A DNA stretch of 64,000 bases from Fidelibacterota bacterium MT.SAG.3 (lineage in GTDB: Bacteria > Fidelibacterota > SORT01), in contig SORT01000006.1 in the NCBI GenBank assembly GCA_004402895.1, positions 3,995 to 67,994 of the forward strand. The letters run 5' to 3'. A program made the translations under genes and the position numbers. The notes beneath the pieces were generated by a model. That model saw nothing but the letters and a program-made list of their open reading frames with translations, was not told the origin of the DNA and ran no database searches. Within the stretch, counting starts at the first letter, position 1. Each line of letters begins with the position of its first letter. Positions 10,285 to 19,909 of this stretch are shown piece by piece.

Positions 10285-10353
10285 TCTCTAAGTTTTCAAA
10301 TCTGAACTGAAAAACAATTGTATTCACTCTCCTTTTAATAAATAGAAATGAAA

Positions 10354-10600
10354 AATTCCCCTCTATCAAGAGGGGAAAGCCGTTCCGATAAAATTCTTAT
10401 AGCAAAGGGCCTGCCCGACTAATGTCAGGCGGGCTGGGGTGTGTATAGATCTCTGAGACAATAAAATACTCGATTTACCCGATCACTCTTGACACACCCC
10501 GTCTTTTGTCCCGATTTATCGGGACAAAATCCTCCGTAGGAGTTCCTCCGTAACACCCCTCTTGATAGAGGGGAATTACTCGCATCGTTGATGCGATAAG
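10354..10600. repeat. mosaic hairpin repeat element bounded by 22-nt inverted repeats
   Basis: AATTCCCCTCTATCAAGAGGGG (10354-10375) and its exact reverse complement (10556-10577). Several internal stem-loops. Modules recur at 28.5-28.9 kb. Confidence 0.7.
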
Positions 10601-10645
10601 TGACTTAGTAGTTTTTTTCCAGCTGAATTATATTAAATTAGAGCT

Positions 10646-11569
10646 ATGCAAGCAGACGGTTCCGAAGAGAGAAGTGAATTTCAGAATTACCTCAAGGATT
10701 TTTTTATTTATCTTCGGATGGAGCGTAATCTCTCCGAAAACACTATCTCGGCATACTCTATTGCCCTCAAGCGATACATTGCTTTCCTCACAGATAGAGG
10801 GATTAAAAAGGCAGATGAAGTGACCTATGACGTTGTGGAGGGGATGTTCACCGAACTTTCATCCTTGGGATTGTCCGCAAGGAGCGTCGCTCAAAACCTT
10901 TCTGCCTTGAAGGCGTTTCACCGGTTCTTGGAGGATGAGGATATCAGCAAGAAAGACCCTACTCAGAATTTTCAAACTCCCCGGATGAGCAAAAAATTAC
11001 CGCAGGTTCTTGAGTATAGCGAAATAAAGAGTATATTAAACAGCGTTGACAGTTCATCACTGATTGGAATACGAGACAGGACGATGTTTGAGGTTTTATA
11101 TGGCGCGGGTTTGAGAGTAAGCGAGTTGATCAATCTTATTATTGGCAATATTTTTAAGGAAGAAGGAATTATCAGAGTTATAGGAAAGCGGTCTAAAGAG
11201 CGGATAATCCCTCTCGGCGAAGAGGCGTTTCGGTGGATCGGGCTTTGGCTTTCAGACGCACGGCCGCAGCTGGCGAAAATGGGAAGTTCGGGCGATTATC
11301 TTTTTCTAAATGCGCGAGGTAAAAACATGACCCGTGACGGTTTCTTCAAACTGTTCAAAAAACAGATCGAAAAGGCGGGTATAGAAAAGGAAGTGAGTCC
11401 GCATACTTTTAGACATTCCTTCGCAACGCATCTGTTAGAGGGCGGGGCCGACCTGCGGTCAGTGCAAGAGATGCTTGGACATGTAAGCATATCAACGACA
11501 CAAATATATACTCACCTTGATAGGGAATACCTAAAAGAGGTGCATAAAAGTTTTCACCCGAGAGGATAG
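10646..11569 (+). CDS. tyrosine recombinase, XerC/XerD family
   Basis: C-terminal catalytic region HTFRHSFATHLLEGGADLRSVQEMLGHVSISTTQIYTH, plus an N-terminal core-binding domain. Confidence 0.85.
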   Translation: MQADGSEERSEFQNYLKDFFIYLRMERNLSENTISAYSIALKRYIAFLTDRGIKKADEVTYDVVEGMFTELSSLGLSARSVAQNLSALKAFHRFLEDEDISKKDPTQNFQTPRMSKKLPQVLEYSEIKSILNSVDSSSLIGIRDRTMFEVLYGAGLRVSELINLIIGNIFKEEGIIRVIGKRSKERIIPLGEEAFRWIGLWLSDARPQLAKMGSSGDYLFLNARGKNMTRDGFFKLFKKQIEKAGIEKEVSPHTFRHSFATHLLEGGADLRSVQEMLGHVSISTTQIYTHLDREYLKEVHKSFHPRG

Positions 11570-11571
11570 AG

Positions 11572-12222
11572 ATGAATTATACAGCACTACTTTTAAGCAT
11601 TCCACCGATCTTACTTGCACTCAGCTTTCATGAATACGCGCACGCATGGATGGCGAACAGGAAAGGCGATCCCACCGCGAAGATGCTCGGCAGGCTGACG
11701 ATGAACCCGTTAGCTCACCTCGATCCTATGGGCACGCTGATGATAGTGATAGTTCACTTCGGTTGGGCGAAACCTGTGCCCGTCAATCCGATGAACCTGA
11801 AAGACCCCAAAAAAGATATGCTTTGGATAGCTCTTGCAGGACCCGCTTCGAACGTCATTATGGCGGCGGGATTGGGAATGGTGATCCGTTTGATGAGCGG
11901 AATGGGCTTACGAGTTGACGGAAGTTTTCTCGGTCTCTTCCAATATATGCTCTATTTCGCGGTAATGATAAACCTCGTCTTGGCGATCTTCAATATGTTG
12001 CCGATACCTCCGTTGGACGGCTCGAAAATACTGTTCGGTGTGCTGCCTACGAAGTACGAAGAATCGTATCTGAGATTTGAACAGTACGGACCGATGATAC
12101 TTATCGGGCTTGTAATAATGAGCTCATTCTTGAGGATCCCTATTTTTTCTATCTGGGTTATGCCGTTCGTAAGTTTTTTCAGCAATCTTTTCGTCGGCAG
12201 AGATCTGATTAACTTATTCTGA
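11572..12222 (+). CDS. site-2 protease (M50) family membrane metalloprotease
   Basis: HEYAHAW (HExxH) in a TM helix and NMLPIPPLDGSK second motif. Multiple TM segments. Confidence 0.8.
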   Translation: MNYTALLLSIPPILLALSFHEYAHAWMANRKGDPTAKMLGRLTMNPLAHLDPMGTLMIVIVHFGWAKPVPVNPMNLKDPKKDMLWIALAGPASNVIMAAGLGMVIRLMSGMGLRVDGSFLGLFQYMLYFAVMINLVLAIFNMLPIPPLDGSKILFGVLPTKYEESYLRFEQYGPMILIGLVIMSSFLRIPIFSIWVMPFVSFFSNLFVGRDLINLF

Positions 12223-12413
12223 TGTTCGACCGGCTTCCGAAACCAAGGAAAACATTCGATCCGTTCAATCGAATGTGGTCGGGCAACGGTTCGGAAAAGA
12301 GTTTCAAGTTCAAACGGAAGCGTCTGAGTATAAGAAAATCGGGGACTTCAATCGCTAGGCTCGTAATAATGTTCTTAGCTGTTATCTGGTTTCTTTATTA
12401 TCTTGCAAAATGA
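12222..12413 (+). CDS. small basic tail-anchored membrane protein (hypothetical)
   Basis: 63 aa. ATG overlaps the S2P stop by 1 nt. Lys/Arg-rich N-terminus and a single C-terminal TM (LVIMFLAVIWFLYYL). Confidence 0.3.
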   Translation: MFDRLPKPRKTFDPFNRMWSGNGSEKSFKFKRKRLSIRKSGTSIARLVIMFLAVIWFLYYLAK

Positions 12414-12432
12414 GTTGGAGGAATATTAAAGT

Positions 12433-13155
12433 TTGGAATTGAGATTTATGAACTGGAAAGAGGTAGAAGCATACCTCGAGAACGATGACAGGGTTATCGT
12501 TCCCATAGGAAGCACGGAGCAGCATGGACCTTATGGTTTATTCGGCACGGACCATATGACGGCGGATATGATAGCGCGCGGTGTGGCGGAAAAACTAAGT
12601 ATAATCACGGCTCCCGTCATACCTATAGGGATGAGCGTTCATCATATGACGTTTCCCGGCTCTTTGACATTCAAACCTCAAACATTCATAACGATCCTTG
12701 AGGAGATAATCGAAAGTCTGCGCACTCATGGGTTCAGGCGGGTCATGCTGTTGAACGGGCATGGCGGGAACAGGGACACAGTCAAGGCAGCCCTCTCATC
12801 ATTTATTAACGATATGCTGGAGATGAGAGTTTATTTTCGATGCTGGTGGGAGCCTGAAGAAGTGGACGCTTACATCAAAGAAAATTTTGGTGACAGGGAG
12901 GGGCATCACAGCGGTCCGAGCGAAACAAGTCAGATGATGTATCATTTTGGCGAGCATGTTAAGCCTGTTGATGTGGAGTTCAGAGAGATGAAGCGTTCGG
13001 CGTATTTTGCCGACAAGGAGACATTCAGGAATCTGTATCCTGACGGCGTGATGGGAGCGGATGTCAATTTGGCTACAGAAGAACATGGAGAACAATTATA
13101 TATTAAATGCGTCTCTTCAATTTCTGAAGAGATAGACCAATGGGAAAATGCTTAG
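12433..13155 (+). CDS. creatininase (creatinine amidohydrolase) family protein
   Basis: GSTEQHGP, LNGHGGN, GHHSGPSETS motifs. Start is either TTG 12433 or ATG 12448. Confidence 0.8.
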   Translation: MELRFMNWKEVEAYLENDDRVIVPIGSTEQHGPYGLFGTDHMTADMIARGVAEKLSIITAPVIPIGMSVHHMTFPGSLTFKPQTFITILEEIIESLRTHGFRRVMLLNGHGGNRDTVKAALSSFINDMLEMRVYFRCWWEPEEVDAYIKENFGDREGHHSGPSETSQMMYHFGEHVKPVDVEFREMKRSAYFADKETFRNLYPDGVMGADVNLATEEHGEQLYIKCVSSISEEIDQWENA

Positions 13156-14144
13156 CCGTGGGAGGGAACTTGAACCTACTATCTGAACTGTTTGAACCGC
13201 ATGGAGCGGAATTGCACGAACGGGAATACGACGAAAAAGACCCTCGCGCGCTCGATATCTTTAAGCCGTTTGACGGGAAGAGCGTAGATTTTGGACTCCT
13301 CGGTGTGCCCTACGACGGCGCAGTCAAAGGCAGACGCGGCGCTGAGGGAGGACCTAACGGTATAAGAGAGGCGTTTAGATTCAACACTACATATAGCTAT
13401 GACAGGGCTGTTGACGTCAGAGGCATAAGTTCGGCTGACTTCGGAAATGTTGTGATCCCGGACGGAAGCGTCAGAGAAGTTCACACACAAGTTACCTCCG
13501 CAGTTTCAGAACTAATGGACAAATCAAAAATTCCTATGCTGATGGGAGGCGACCATTCTCTCAGTTATGCGCATGTGAAGGCGTTTTGCGAGAAAATTGG
13601 CGGTAAGGTTGGAATAATCACGTTCGATTCGCATAACGACCTGAGAGAGTATGAAAATGAAGATATCTCAAGCGGGACACCCTTCAGACGGATATTAGAG
13701 GAACTTGACGGAAATCCTGTGGATGGGAAAAATATAGTGCAGATAGGATTGCACGGATTCTTGAATTCTTCTTACTACCGGGATTACGCCATCTCAAAGG
13801 GTATGATGCTTTTTACTACAGACGTGGTGCGGAGTATGGGGATGGAAAATATCATCAAGGGCGCATTGTTGCAAGCGGGTGAGGGCACGGATGCCATATT
13901 TCTAAGCGTTGACATGGATTCGGTCGATCAATCGGAAGCGCCCGGCGTAAGCGCTCCAAGTCCGGGTGGATTAAGCGCGGTCGAGCTTCTGAATGGAGTT
14001 TATGAGGCTGCGAGAGATAACAGGGTAAAAGGAATGGACATTGTTGAGGTCGCTCCTTCACTCGACCCGACCGGAAACACAGCGCGGCTCGGCGCTAACG
14101 TCCTGATGAATTTTATCGGCGGTAAGGCGAAAAGTGACGAGTAG
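13140..14144 (+). CDS. arginase/agmatinase/formimidoylglutamase family hydrolase
   Basis: Mn-binding motifs GGDHSLSY, FDSHNDLR, SVDMDSVD and VEVAPSLD. Overlaps the creatininase gene by 16 nt. Confidence 0.8.
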   Translation: MGKCLAVGGNLNLLSELFEPHGAELHEREYDEKDPRALDIFKPFDGKSVDFGLLGVPYDGAVKGRRGAEGGPNGIREAFRFNTTYSYDRAVDVRGISSADFGNVVIPDGSVREVHTQVTSAVSELMDKSKIPMLMGGDHSLSYAHVKAFCEKIGGKVGIITFDSHNDLREYENEDISSGTPFRRILEELDGNPVDGKNIVQIGLHGFLNSSYYRDYAISKGMMLFTTDVVRSMGMENIIKGALLQAGEGTDAIFLSVDMDSVDQSEAPGVSAPSPGGLSAVELLNGVYEAARDNRVKGMDIVEVAPSLDPTGNTARLGANVLMNFIGGKAKSDE

Positions 14145-15936
14145 GATCAAAGTACTCTCAGACGATCTCATCAGCAAGATAGCCGCCGGAGAAGTGGTAG
14201 AACGACCCGCCTCGGTCATCAAGGAGCTGGTGGAGAACAGTATTGACGCGGGCGCAACCCGCATAAAGATCATCGTGGTAAACGGCGGTAAAACCATGAT
14301 GCAAGTGATAGATAACGGCAGCGGTATGACGGAGGATGAGTCGCTTTTAGCACTTGAGAGACATGCCACGAGTAAGATAAGTTCATACGCGGATCTCGTC
14401 GGAGTGATGTCGCTCGGCTTTCGAGGCGAAGCGCTGCCAAGCATAGCTTCTGTTTCGAGATTCGAGCTATTGAGTTCTGTGAAAGACGCCGAAACCGGCA
14501 CGAAAATAACAGTTGCGGGGGGGAGTATACGTTCGGTAGTTCCGTCGGAAGCGATTCCGGGAACGTCAGTTACGATAAAGAACCTCTTTTACGCTACGCC
14601 CGCCCGAAGGAAATTTCTGAAATCGCCTCCCGTCGAGTATCGCCATATTCTCGAAGCGGTAAAACGATTCGCCTTAGGGCGTCCGGAGATAGCATTCGAG
14701 TTTTACAATGGCGATAAGAAGGTTTTTCAAACCAAGAAAAGCGATCTTTTAGAGCGAATAGGTGAGACGTTCCATCGGAGTTATATTCCGAATTTAATGG
14801 AAGTCACGGGGAGCGGAAGGACTCTGAAACTTACGGGTTACGTCGGCGATCCGAAGCTCATACGCAAAAGCAGAGGCGAACAATATTTATACCTGAATGG
14901 ACGTTACATCTCAGATAGGAAGATGAGTTCTGCTGTATACAAGGGGTACGGCGACCTTGTCAGCCGCGGGGAATTTCCGTTTTTTGTGATAAATCTTCTG
15001 GTTGATCCACAGTTAGTCGATGTGAATGTTCATCCTGCCAAGATGGAGGCAAAATTCAAAAACGAGTGGGATGTCTATGAAGCGATAAAAACTACCGTCC
15101 ATGATACGGTTCATATCGGCTCCGATGCGATGATAGATAGTTTTCAACCTATGTACGAGCAACAAACAGCAGATATCGAGGAAAGCCGGGCGCATCATAA
15201 CAGTAAAATAATACAGTTCATGCCATCACGAACCATACCGCCCGCCGCTGAATTGAACAACATGACATCATTTGCGGAAACGGATATAGTTGAGAAGGAT
15301 AACGGTTTTTCACCTGCCGTGGAGACTTATAAATCGGCGTTCCCCGAGCTGCAAAGCGAACCGGGGCAACCGGAGGGATTGGTCTGGCAGGTGCATAACA
15401 AGTATATAATCTCACAAGTGAAAAGCGGACTAAGCATAATCGACCAGCATGTGGCGCATGAGCGGATCCTATATGAGAAAGCTCTCAATTTATTAGAGAA
15501 AGGGGGCGGACAGAGTCAACAACTCTTGTTTCCCCAAAAGATAGAGCTGTCACCTGAGGATTATTCTGTTCTACTGGAAATTTTAGCCTTTATGAATAAG
15601 ATAGGTTTTGAGATAACCGAATTCGGAGAGCGAACTATTCTTGTTCAAGCGGTACCGGCGGATATCAAGGCTGGTACGGAAGGGAAAGTTCTCGCAGAAA
15701 TTATCGATAATTTCAGAGAAACAAGCGGCAAAGAGGTGCCGGCTCATAAGGCATTAGCCGCGAGTTTCGCATGCAAGGCAGCGGTTAAGGCGGGTGAAAA
15801 GTTGACTCAGGAAGAGATGATATCACTTATCGAGCGACTATTTTTGACAGAGTATCCATACTATTGTCCTCATGGGAGACCTGTTATCGTCAATCTGACA
15901 ATTGATGAGTTGGACAAACGTTTCGAACGGAAATAA
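14134..15936 (+). CDS. mutL: DNA mismatch repair endonuclease MutL
   Basis: IAAGEVVERPASVIKELVENSIDAG (GHKL ATPase). C-terminal DQHVAHERILYE, ACKAAVKAG, CPHGRP endonuclease-type motifs. Confidence 0.95.
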   Translation: MTSRIKVLSDDLISKIAAGEVVERPASVIKELVENSIDAGATRIKIIVVNGGKTMMQVIDNGSGMTEDESLLALERHATSKISSYADLVGVMSLGFRGEALPSIASVSRFELLSSVKDAETGTKITVAGGSIRSVVPSEAIPGTSVTIKNLFYATPARRKFLKSPPVEYRHILEAVKRFALGRPEIAFEFYNGDKKVFQTKKSDLLERIGETFHRSYIPNLMEVTGSGRTLKLTGYVGDPKLIRKSRGEQYLYLNGRYISDRKMSSAVYKGYGDLVSRGEFPFFVINLLVDPQLVDVNVHPAKMEAKFKNEWDVYEAIKTTVHDTVHIGSDAMIDSFQPMYEQQTADIEESRAHHNSKIIQFMPSRTIPPAAELNNMTSFAETDIVEKDNGFSPAVETYKSAFPELQSEPGQPEGLVWQVHNKYIISQVKSGLSIIDQHVAHERILYEKALNLLEKGGGQSQQLLFPQKIELSPEDYSVLLEILAFMNKIGFEITEFGERTILVQAVPADIKAGTEGKVLAEIIDNFRETSGKEVPAHKALAASFACKAAVKAGEKLTQEEMISLIERLFLTEYPYYCPHGRPVIVNLTIDELDKRFERK

Positions 15937-15975
15937 ATCTGTTTCACATATCCGATAACCCCAAGAGGTCGCGTA

Positions 15976-16920
15976 GTGGGTGAACTACCTAAAGTATTAG
16001 CCATTGTCGGTCCCACAGCGGTTGGAAAAACGGCAGTCGGAATCCGAGTTGCGAAGGAGCTGAACGGTGAGATAGTTTCGGCGGACGCTCGTCAACTGTA
16101 TCGCGGAATGAACGTGGGTACCGCCAAACCGTCAATCGAAGAACTTCAATCTGTTCCGTATCATTTGATAGACATAGTGGAACTGGGTGAATATTTCAGC
16201 GCGGGAATTTACGCCGAGATGGGTCACAAGGTCATATTGGATCTGATTTCGCGAGGTAAGTTGCCTATTATTGTCGGCGGGTCGGGATTGTACTTTCGGG
16301 CGCTTGTCGACGGATTGTTCACAGGCGAGTCTCGAAGCGACGAGGTCAGAGAGAGTCTGTCTGCCGAAGTAAAAAACAGCGGTCTGGAAGCCATGTATGA
16401 GAAGCTCCTGAAGATCGATGCCGATTACGCCAAACTGATCTCCCCGAACGATGAGATGCGTATAACCCGGGCTTTGGAAGTATATGAGATCACAGGCAAG
16501 ACACTCAGCGAATCTTTTTCAAATCAACCTGAAGAACCGCTTCTGAATAGTTTGATCATCGGACTCAGGATGGAGCGGAAACTGCTGATAAGCCGGATAA
16601 AAGAACGCGTCGAGAAGATGATAGCCTCAGGATTGGTGGACGAGGTAAAACAACTGTTAGAAGCCGGTTATCGTGAAGATATGCAGAAAATTCCGACTAT
16701 AGGATATAATGAGGTTATAAATTATCTCGACGGCAAGATCGATGAATCCCGTATGATAATCGACATAAAGGTTAATAGCCGAAGATATGCCAAACGTCAG
16801 ATGACATGGTTTAAAAAGGACGAACGGATCGTTTGGATCGATATGGAATTAGAAAAAAACGCAGCGGAAGTTGTGATAGCAGCGTGGCGTGATTTCATTT
16901 CAGATAGGAAGTCACGATAA
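15976..16920 (+). CDS. miaA: tRNA dimethylallyltransferase
   Basis: P-loop GPTAVGKT, SADARQLYRGMNVGTAKP, RYAKRQMTWF. GTG start. Confidence 0.9.
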   Translation: MGELPKVLAIVGPTAVGKTAVGIRVAKELNGEIVSADARQLYRGMNVGTAKPSIEELQSVPYHLIDIVELGEYFSAGIYAEMGHKVILDLISRGKLPIIVGGSGLYFRALVDGLFTGESRSDEVRESLSAEVKNSGLEAMYEKLLKIDADYAKLISPNDEMRITRALEVYEITGKTLSESFSNQPEEPLLNSLIIGLRMERKLLISRIKERVEKMIASGLVDEVKQLLEAGYREDMQKIPTIGYNEVINYLDGKIDESRMIIDIKVNSRRYAKRQMTWFKKDERIVWIDMELEKNAAEVVIAAWRDFISDRKSR

Positions 16921-17019
16921 GAGAAGAAGTTACCCGTCAATTGACGGAAACTCTCCTTAATGGGAGAGGAAGTAAGAATTCTCCTCAAAACCTGTTTATT
17001 TAAAAATTAAACTCTTTTC

Positions 17020-17048
17020 TTGACAAAAAAGTGTATAATATTTATACT
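17020..17048 (+). promoter_or_regulatory. sigma-70-like promoter upstream of ABC-2 operon
   Basis: TTGACA (17020-17025), 17 nt, TATACT (17043-17048). Confidence 0.45.
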
Positions 17049-17080
17049 ATGTGTATAAATATTAAGCTGTATCACATTTT

Positions 17081-17836
17081 ATGGCTGAGGAATTTGTATA
17101 TTTGAATGCTATTGACATACAGAATCTGAAGAAAACCTACTTTTCGGGCAGGAAAAACAGCGTTGAGGCGCTCAAGGGAATTGATCTGACTGTTGAGGAG
17201 GGTGAGATATTCGGTTATTTGGGACCTAACGGAGCCGGAAAAACCACTACTCTGAAGATTTTGTTAGGATTTATTTCACCGACTGAGGGGAGTGTGAATT
17301 TGATGGGATATCCGCACGAAGAGGCGAGATTTCACTTGAGAATAGGATATGTTCCTGAAGAACATTCATTCTATCCACACTTGAAACTGAAACAATTTTT
17401 AAGTTATATGTCCGAACTGACATCGGTTGATGGAAATCTGATGGAAAGAGTAGATAAAGTAGTCGAGGAATTCAAGCTGCAGAAAGCATATGAAAAGAGA
17501 ATGGGCGATCTCTCTTTGGGATGGAGACAGAAGGCAGCGCTTGCCGCCGCTTTTATTGATGAGCCTCAGCTTTTGATTCTTGATGAACCGACCTCCGGTC
17601 TCGACCCGATGGGTGTTGATGATTTTTTCACCACTCTGAAAAAAGGCAAGTCAAATGGGCAGACGATCCTCTTCTCTTCACATCAGCTTTCCGATGTGGA
17701 GAAGATCGCTGACAGGATAGGCATAATTTCCAAAGGAGAGATCATCAAGATAGGTAATGTGCAGGAGCTGCTGACGAGCGCGGGTGTGTCGACTCTGAAT
17801 GAGCTTTTTCTTGAAACTATGGAGAATTCCAATTGA
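17081..17836 (+). CDS. ABC transporter ATP-binding protein
   Basis: Walker A GPNGAGKTT, signature-like LSLGWRQK, Walker B LLILDEP. Confidence 0.85.
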   Translation: MAEEFVYLNAIDIQNLKKTYFSGRKNSVEALKGIDLTVEEGEIFGYLGPNGAGKTTTLKILLGFISPTEGSVNLMGYPHEEARFHLRIGYVPEEHSFYPHLKLKQFLSYMSELTSVDGNLMERVDKVVEEFKLQKAYEKRMGDLSLGWRQKAALAAAFIDEPQLLILDEPTSGLDPMGVDDFFTTLKKGKSNGQTILFSSHQLSDVEKIADRIGIISKGEIIKIGNVQELLTSAGVSTLNELFLETMENSN

Positions 17837-18636
17837 GAACTATATTGACAGTCCTGAAGATAACTGTCGGAGATTTTATCAGGAGAACTGAAGTACTGAT
17901 TATCGCTATTCTCGGGTTAGTTTTTATTGCGGGAGTGAGTTTGGTTTTGTTGGACGAAGAGCTGGCTAAACAGGTAACCGCCGGTGTTGAGCAGTCTCAA
18001 GGCGTCGAGGTAGATAAGAATACTTTTATCGAAGGTGCGCTCGTATATGCGGAGATTTTTACAATTATTATCACTTTTTTAGTGGGTATGAATCTCATTG
18101 GAAAAGATATGAAAACGAATGCGATTACACTTTATCTGGTAAAACCTATCAGCAGAACTCAATATCTGTTGGGCAAATATCTCGGGGCGGTTTTTCTCTC
18201 TCTGATGATATTCCTGATGTACGAACTGTTTCTGCTACTTACACTGTATATTGATGGAAGCAGCATGTCATTCCCGTTTGTCAAGATACTTTTTATAACG
18301 CTTTTTAAGGTTTCTCTACTTTATTCAATGATTTTGCTGCTGGTTCAAAAAGTACCGGGTTTCGTGGCATCTTTGATCGCTACCGGAATCTATCTGACGG
18401 GATATTTTGCGGGAGATTTTTTTCTGTTTGCCATCACAGCAGAGGGTGTGCTGAAAATAGGCGCACTCGCTATATATTATACGCTGCCGCACATGGTGCA
18501 GGTTAGTCCCGGTTCGATCATGGGATCGGCAGGGAGAATAGCACCATTTATTGAGTGGGCTTTGATTTATGGACTGTTATATTCAGGAATATGGCTCTAT
18601 GGCGGGATGGTATTATTCAGAAAGAGAGAAATATGA
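17833..18636 (+). CDS. ABC-2 type permease-like membrane protein
   Basis: Six-plus hydrophobic segments. 4-nt overlap with the upstream ATPase gene. Confidence 0.6.
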   Translation: MRTILTVLKITVGDFIRRTEVLIIAILGLVFIAGVSLVLLDEELAKQVTAGVEQSQGVEVDKNTFIEGALVYAEIFTIIITFLVGMNLIGKDMKTNAITLYLVKPISRTQYLLGKYLGAVFLSLMIFLMYELFLLLTLYIDGSSMSFPFVKILFITLFKVSLLYSMILLLVQKVPGFVASLIATGIYLTGYFAGDFFLFAITAEGVLKIGALAIYYTLPHMVQVSPGSIMGSAGRIAPFIEWALIYGLLYSGIWLYGGMVLFRKREI

Positions 18637-18663
18637 AAAGTTTTATAAACAGAGGAAGAGCTG

Positions 18664-19086
18664 ATGGTTGATAATATTGAAAAAAAACCGGTAGTACTTG
18701 TGTTGAGCGACAAAATAAACGAGATGGTTGAAATTGAGGACCATCTGCCGGATAACGGTTTCGATGTGATCACGGCATCGGACGGCTACGAGGGTCTACT
18801 TATTGCGCGAAAGGAACGGCCTAATTTGATCATCACGAGTTTGAAGGCGAAACGAATTAGCGGAGCCAAGCTCGCGAAACTGTTGAAATTTGATAAAAAG
18901 TATCAGGATATACCGATCATCGCCATCATTGAGAAGGACAGCAAGGAAGAGCTCGAAAAGATTCACGATTTGAGGATCGAAAGGTACGTAAAACGACCTA
19001 TTGATTACGATAATTTAATTATGAATATAAGAAATCTTTTCTCCGAAAGTGAAATCGGAGGATTCATAGAGGAAGCGTTGCTTTAA
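18664..19086 (+). CDS. stand-alone receiver-domain protein lacking the phospho-acceptor Asp (pseudo-receiver)
   Basis: CheY-like fold pattern (VLVLSDK..., PNLIITSLKAKRISG, IPIIAII, YVKRP). The acceptor position aligns to Ser (18838-18840), with no Asp nearby. Confidence 0.7.
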   Translation: MVDNIEKKPVVLVLSDKINEMVEIEDHLPDNGFDVITASDGYEGLLIARKERPNLIITSLKAKRISGAKLAKLLKFDKKYQDIPIIAIIEKDSKEELEKIHDLRIERYVKRPIDYDNLIMNIRNLFSESEIGGFIEEALL

Positions 19087-19087
19087 T

Positions 19088-19873
19088 ATGGGAATGGAAC
19101 CTCAGACACTGTTCTCTGTCTGGCTCTTCTTATTGGGATCGGCGCTCGGCAGTTTCCTTAATGTAGTAGTTTACCGGCTACCGAGAGGCGAATCGATACA
19201 TTCACCCGCTTCTCATTGCCCGAATTGCAATAAACCTCTGAAACCGTATGATAATATTCCCATTCTAAGTTGGCTGATGCTTGGAGCAAAATGCAGGAAT
19301 TGCAAGGAACCCATTTCAATTAGATATCCTCTTGTGGAATTCATGGTGGCGGTTTGGTTCGTATGGATGTTTCAGCTTTTTGGATTGTCGTGGGAGTTCG
19401 CAAACTTTGCTATTCTCGGAGTATTACTGCTTACGGTAAGCATAGTTGACATCGATACGCAGCTAATACCTGATTCCGTGCTGATAGTCGGCGCCATCAT
19501 AGGGCTGGCGTTTGCGTTTTACGGAGATGTGATATCCATTAGTGACTCGCTGACTGGCGGCGCAGCAATGGGCGGAACATTCTTTTTGATAGCGCTCATA
19601 GGCGAGAAAGTGATGAAGAAAGAGTCGATGGGATTCGGTGATGTCAAGCTTTCGCTGATGATAGGATTATTCATAGGTTGGAAGATGGCGTTTTTAGCGA
19701 TATTTCTCTCGTCAATTTTCGCTTCGGTGATAGGATTAGCGGCAATCGGACTTGGAAAGATGAAATTCGGTAAACCGTTCGCTTTCGGGCCGTTTATCGC
19801 TCTCGGAGCGCTGGTAAGCGGCATTTGGGGTGACAGGTTAGTGAACGCATATTTAAGATGGGCGTTCGTCTGA
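19088..19873 (+). CDS. pilD: prepilin peptidase (A24 family)
   Basis: N-terminal CPNC...CRNC zinc motif, polytopic, GFGDVKL catalytic Asp motif. Confidence 0.85.
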   Translation: MGMEPQTLFSVWLFLLGSALGSFLNVVVYRLPRGESIHSPASHCPNCNKPLKPYDNIPILSWLMLGAKCRNCKEPISIRYPLVEFMVAVWFVWMFQLFGLSWEFANFAILGVLLLTVSIVDIDTQLIPDSVLIVGAIIGLAFAFYGDVISISDSLTGGAAMGGTFFLIALIGEKVMKKESMGFGDVKLSLMIGLFIGWKMAFLAIFLSSIFASVIGLAAIGLGKMKFGKPFAFGPFIALGALVSGIWGDRLVNAYLRWAFV

Positions 19874-19909
19874 GTAGACAATGAAAATTGAAATTAACAA
19901 GGATATGAG

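Noticed and set aside
10350-10610. Possible CRISPR array, given the repeated GC-rich palindromes here and at 28.5-28.9 kb.
   Set aside because: There is no regular repeat-spacer periodicity. The modules differ from one another, occur once or twice per locus and are partly inverted. No cas genes are in the window.
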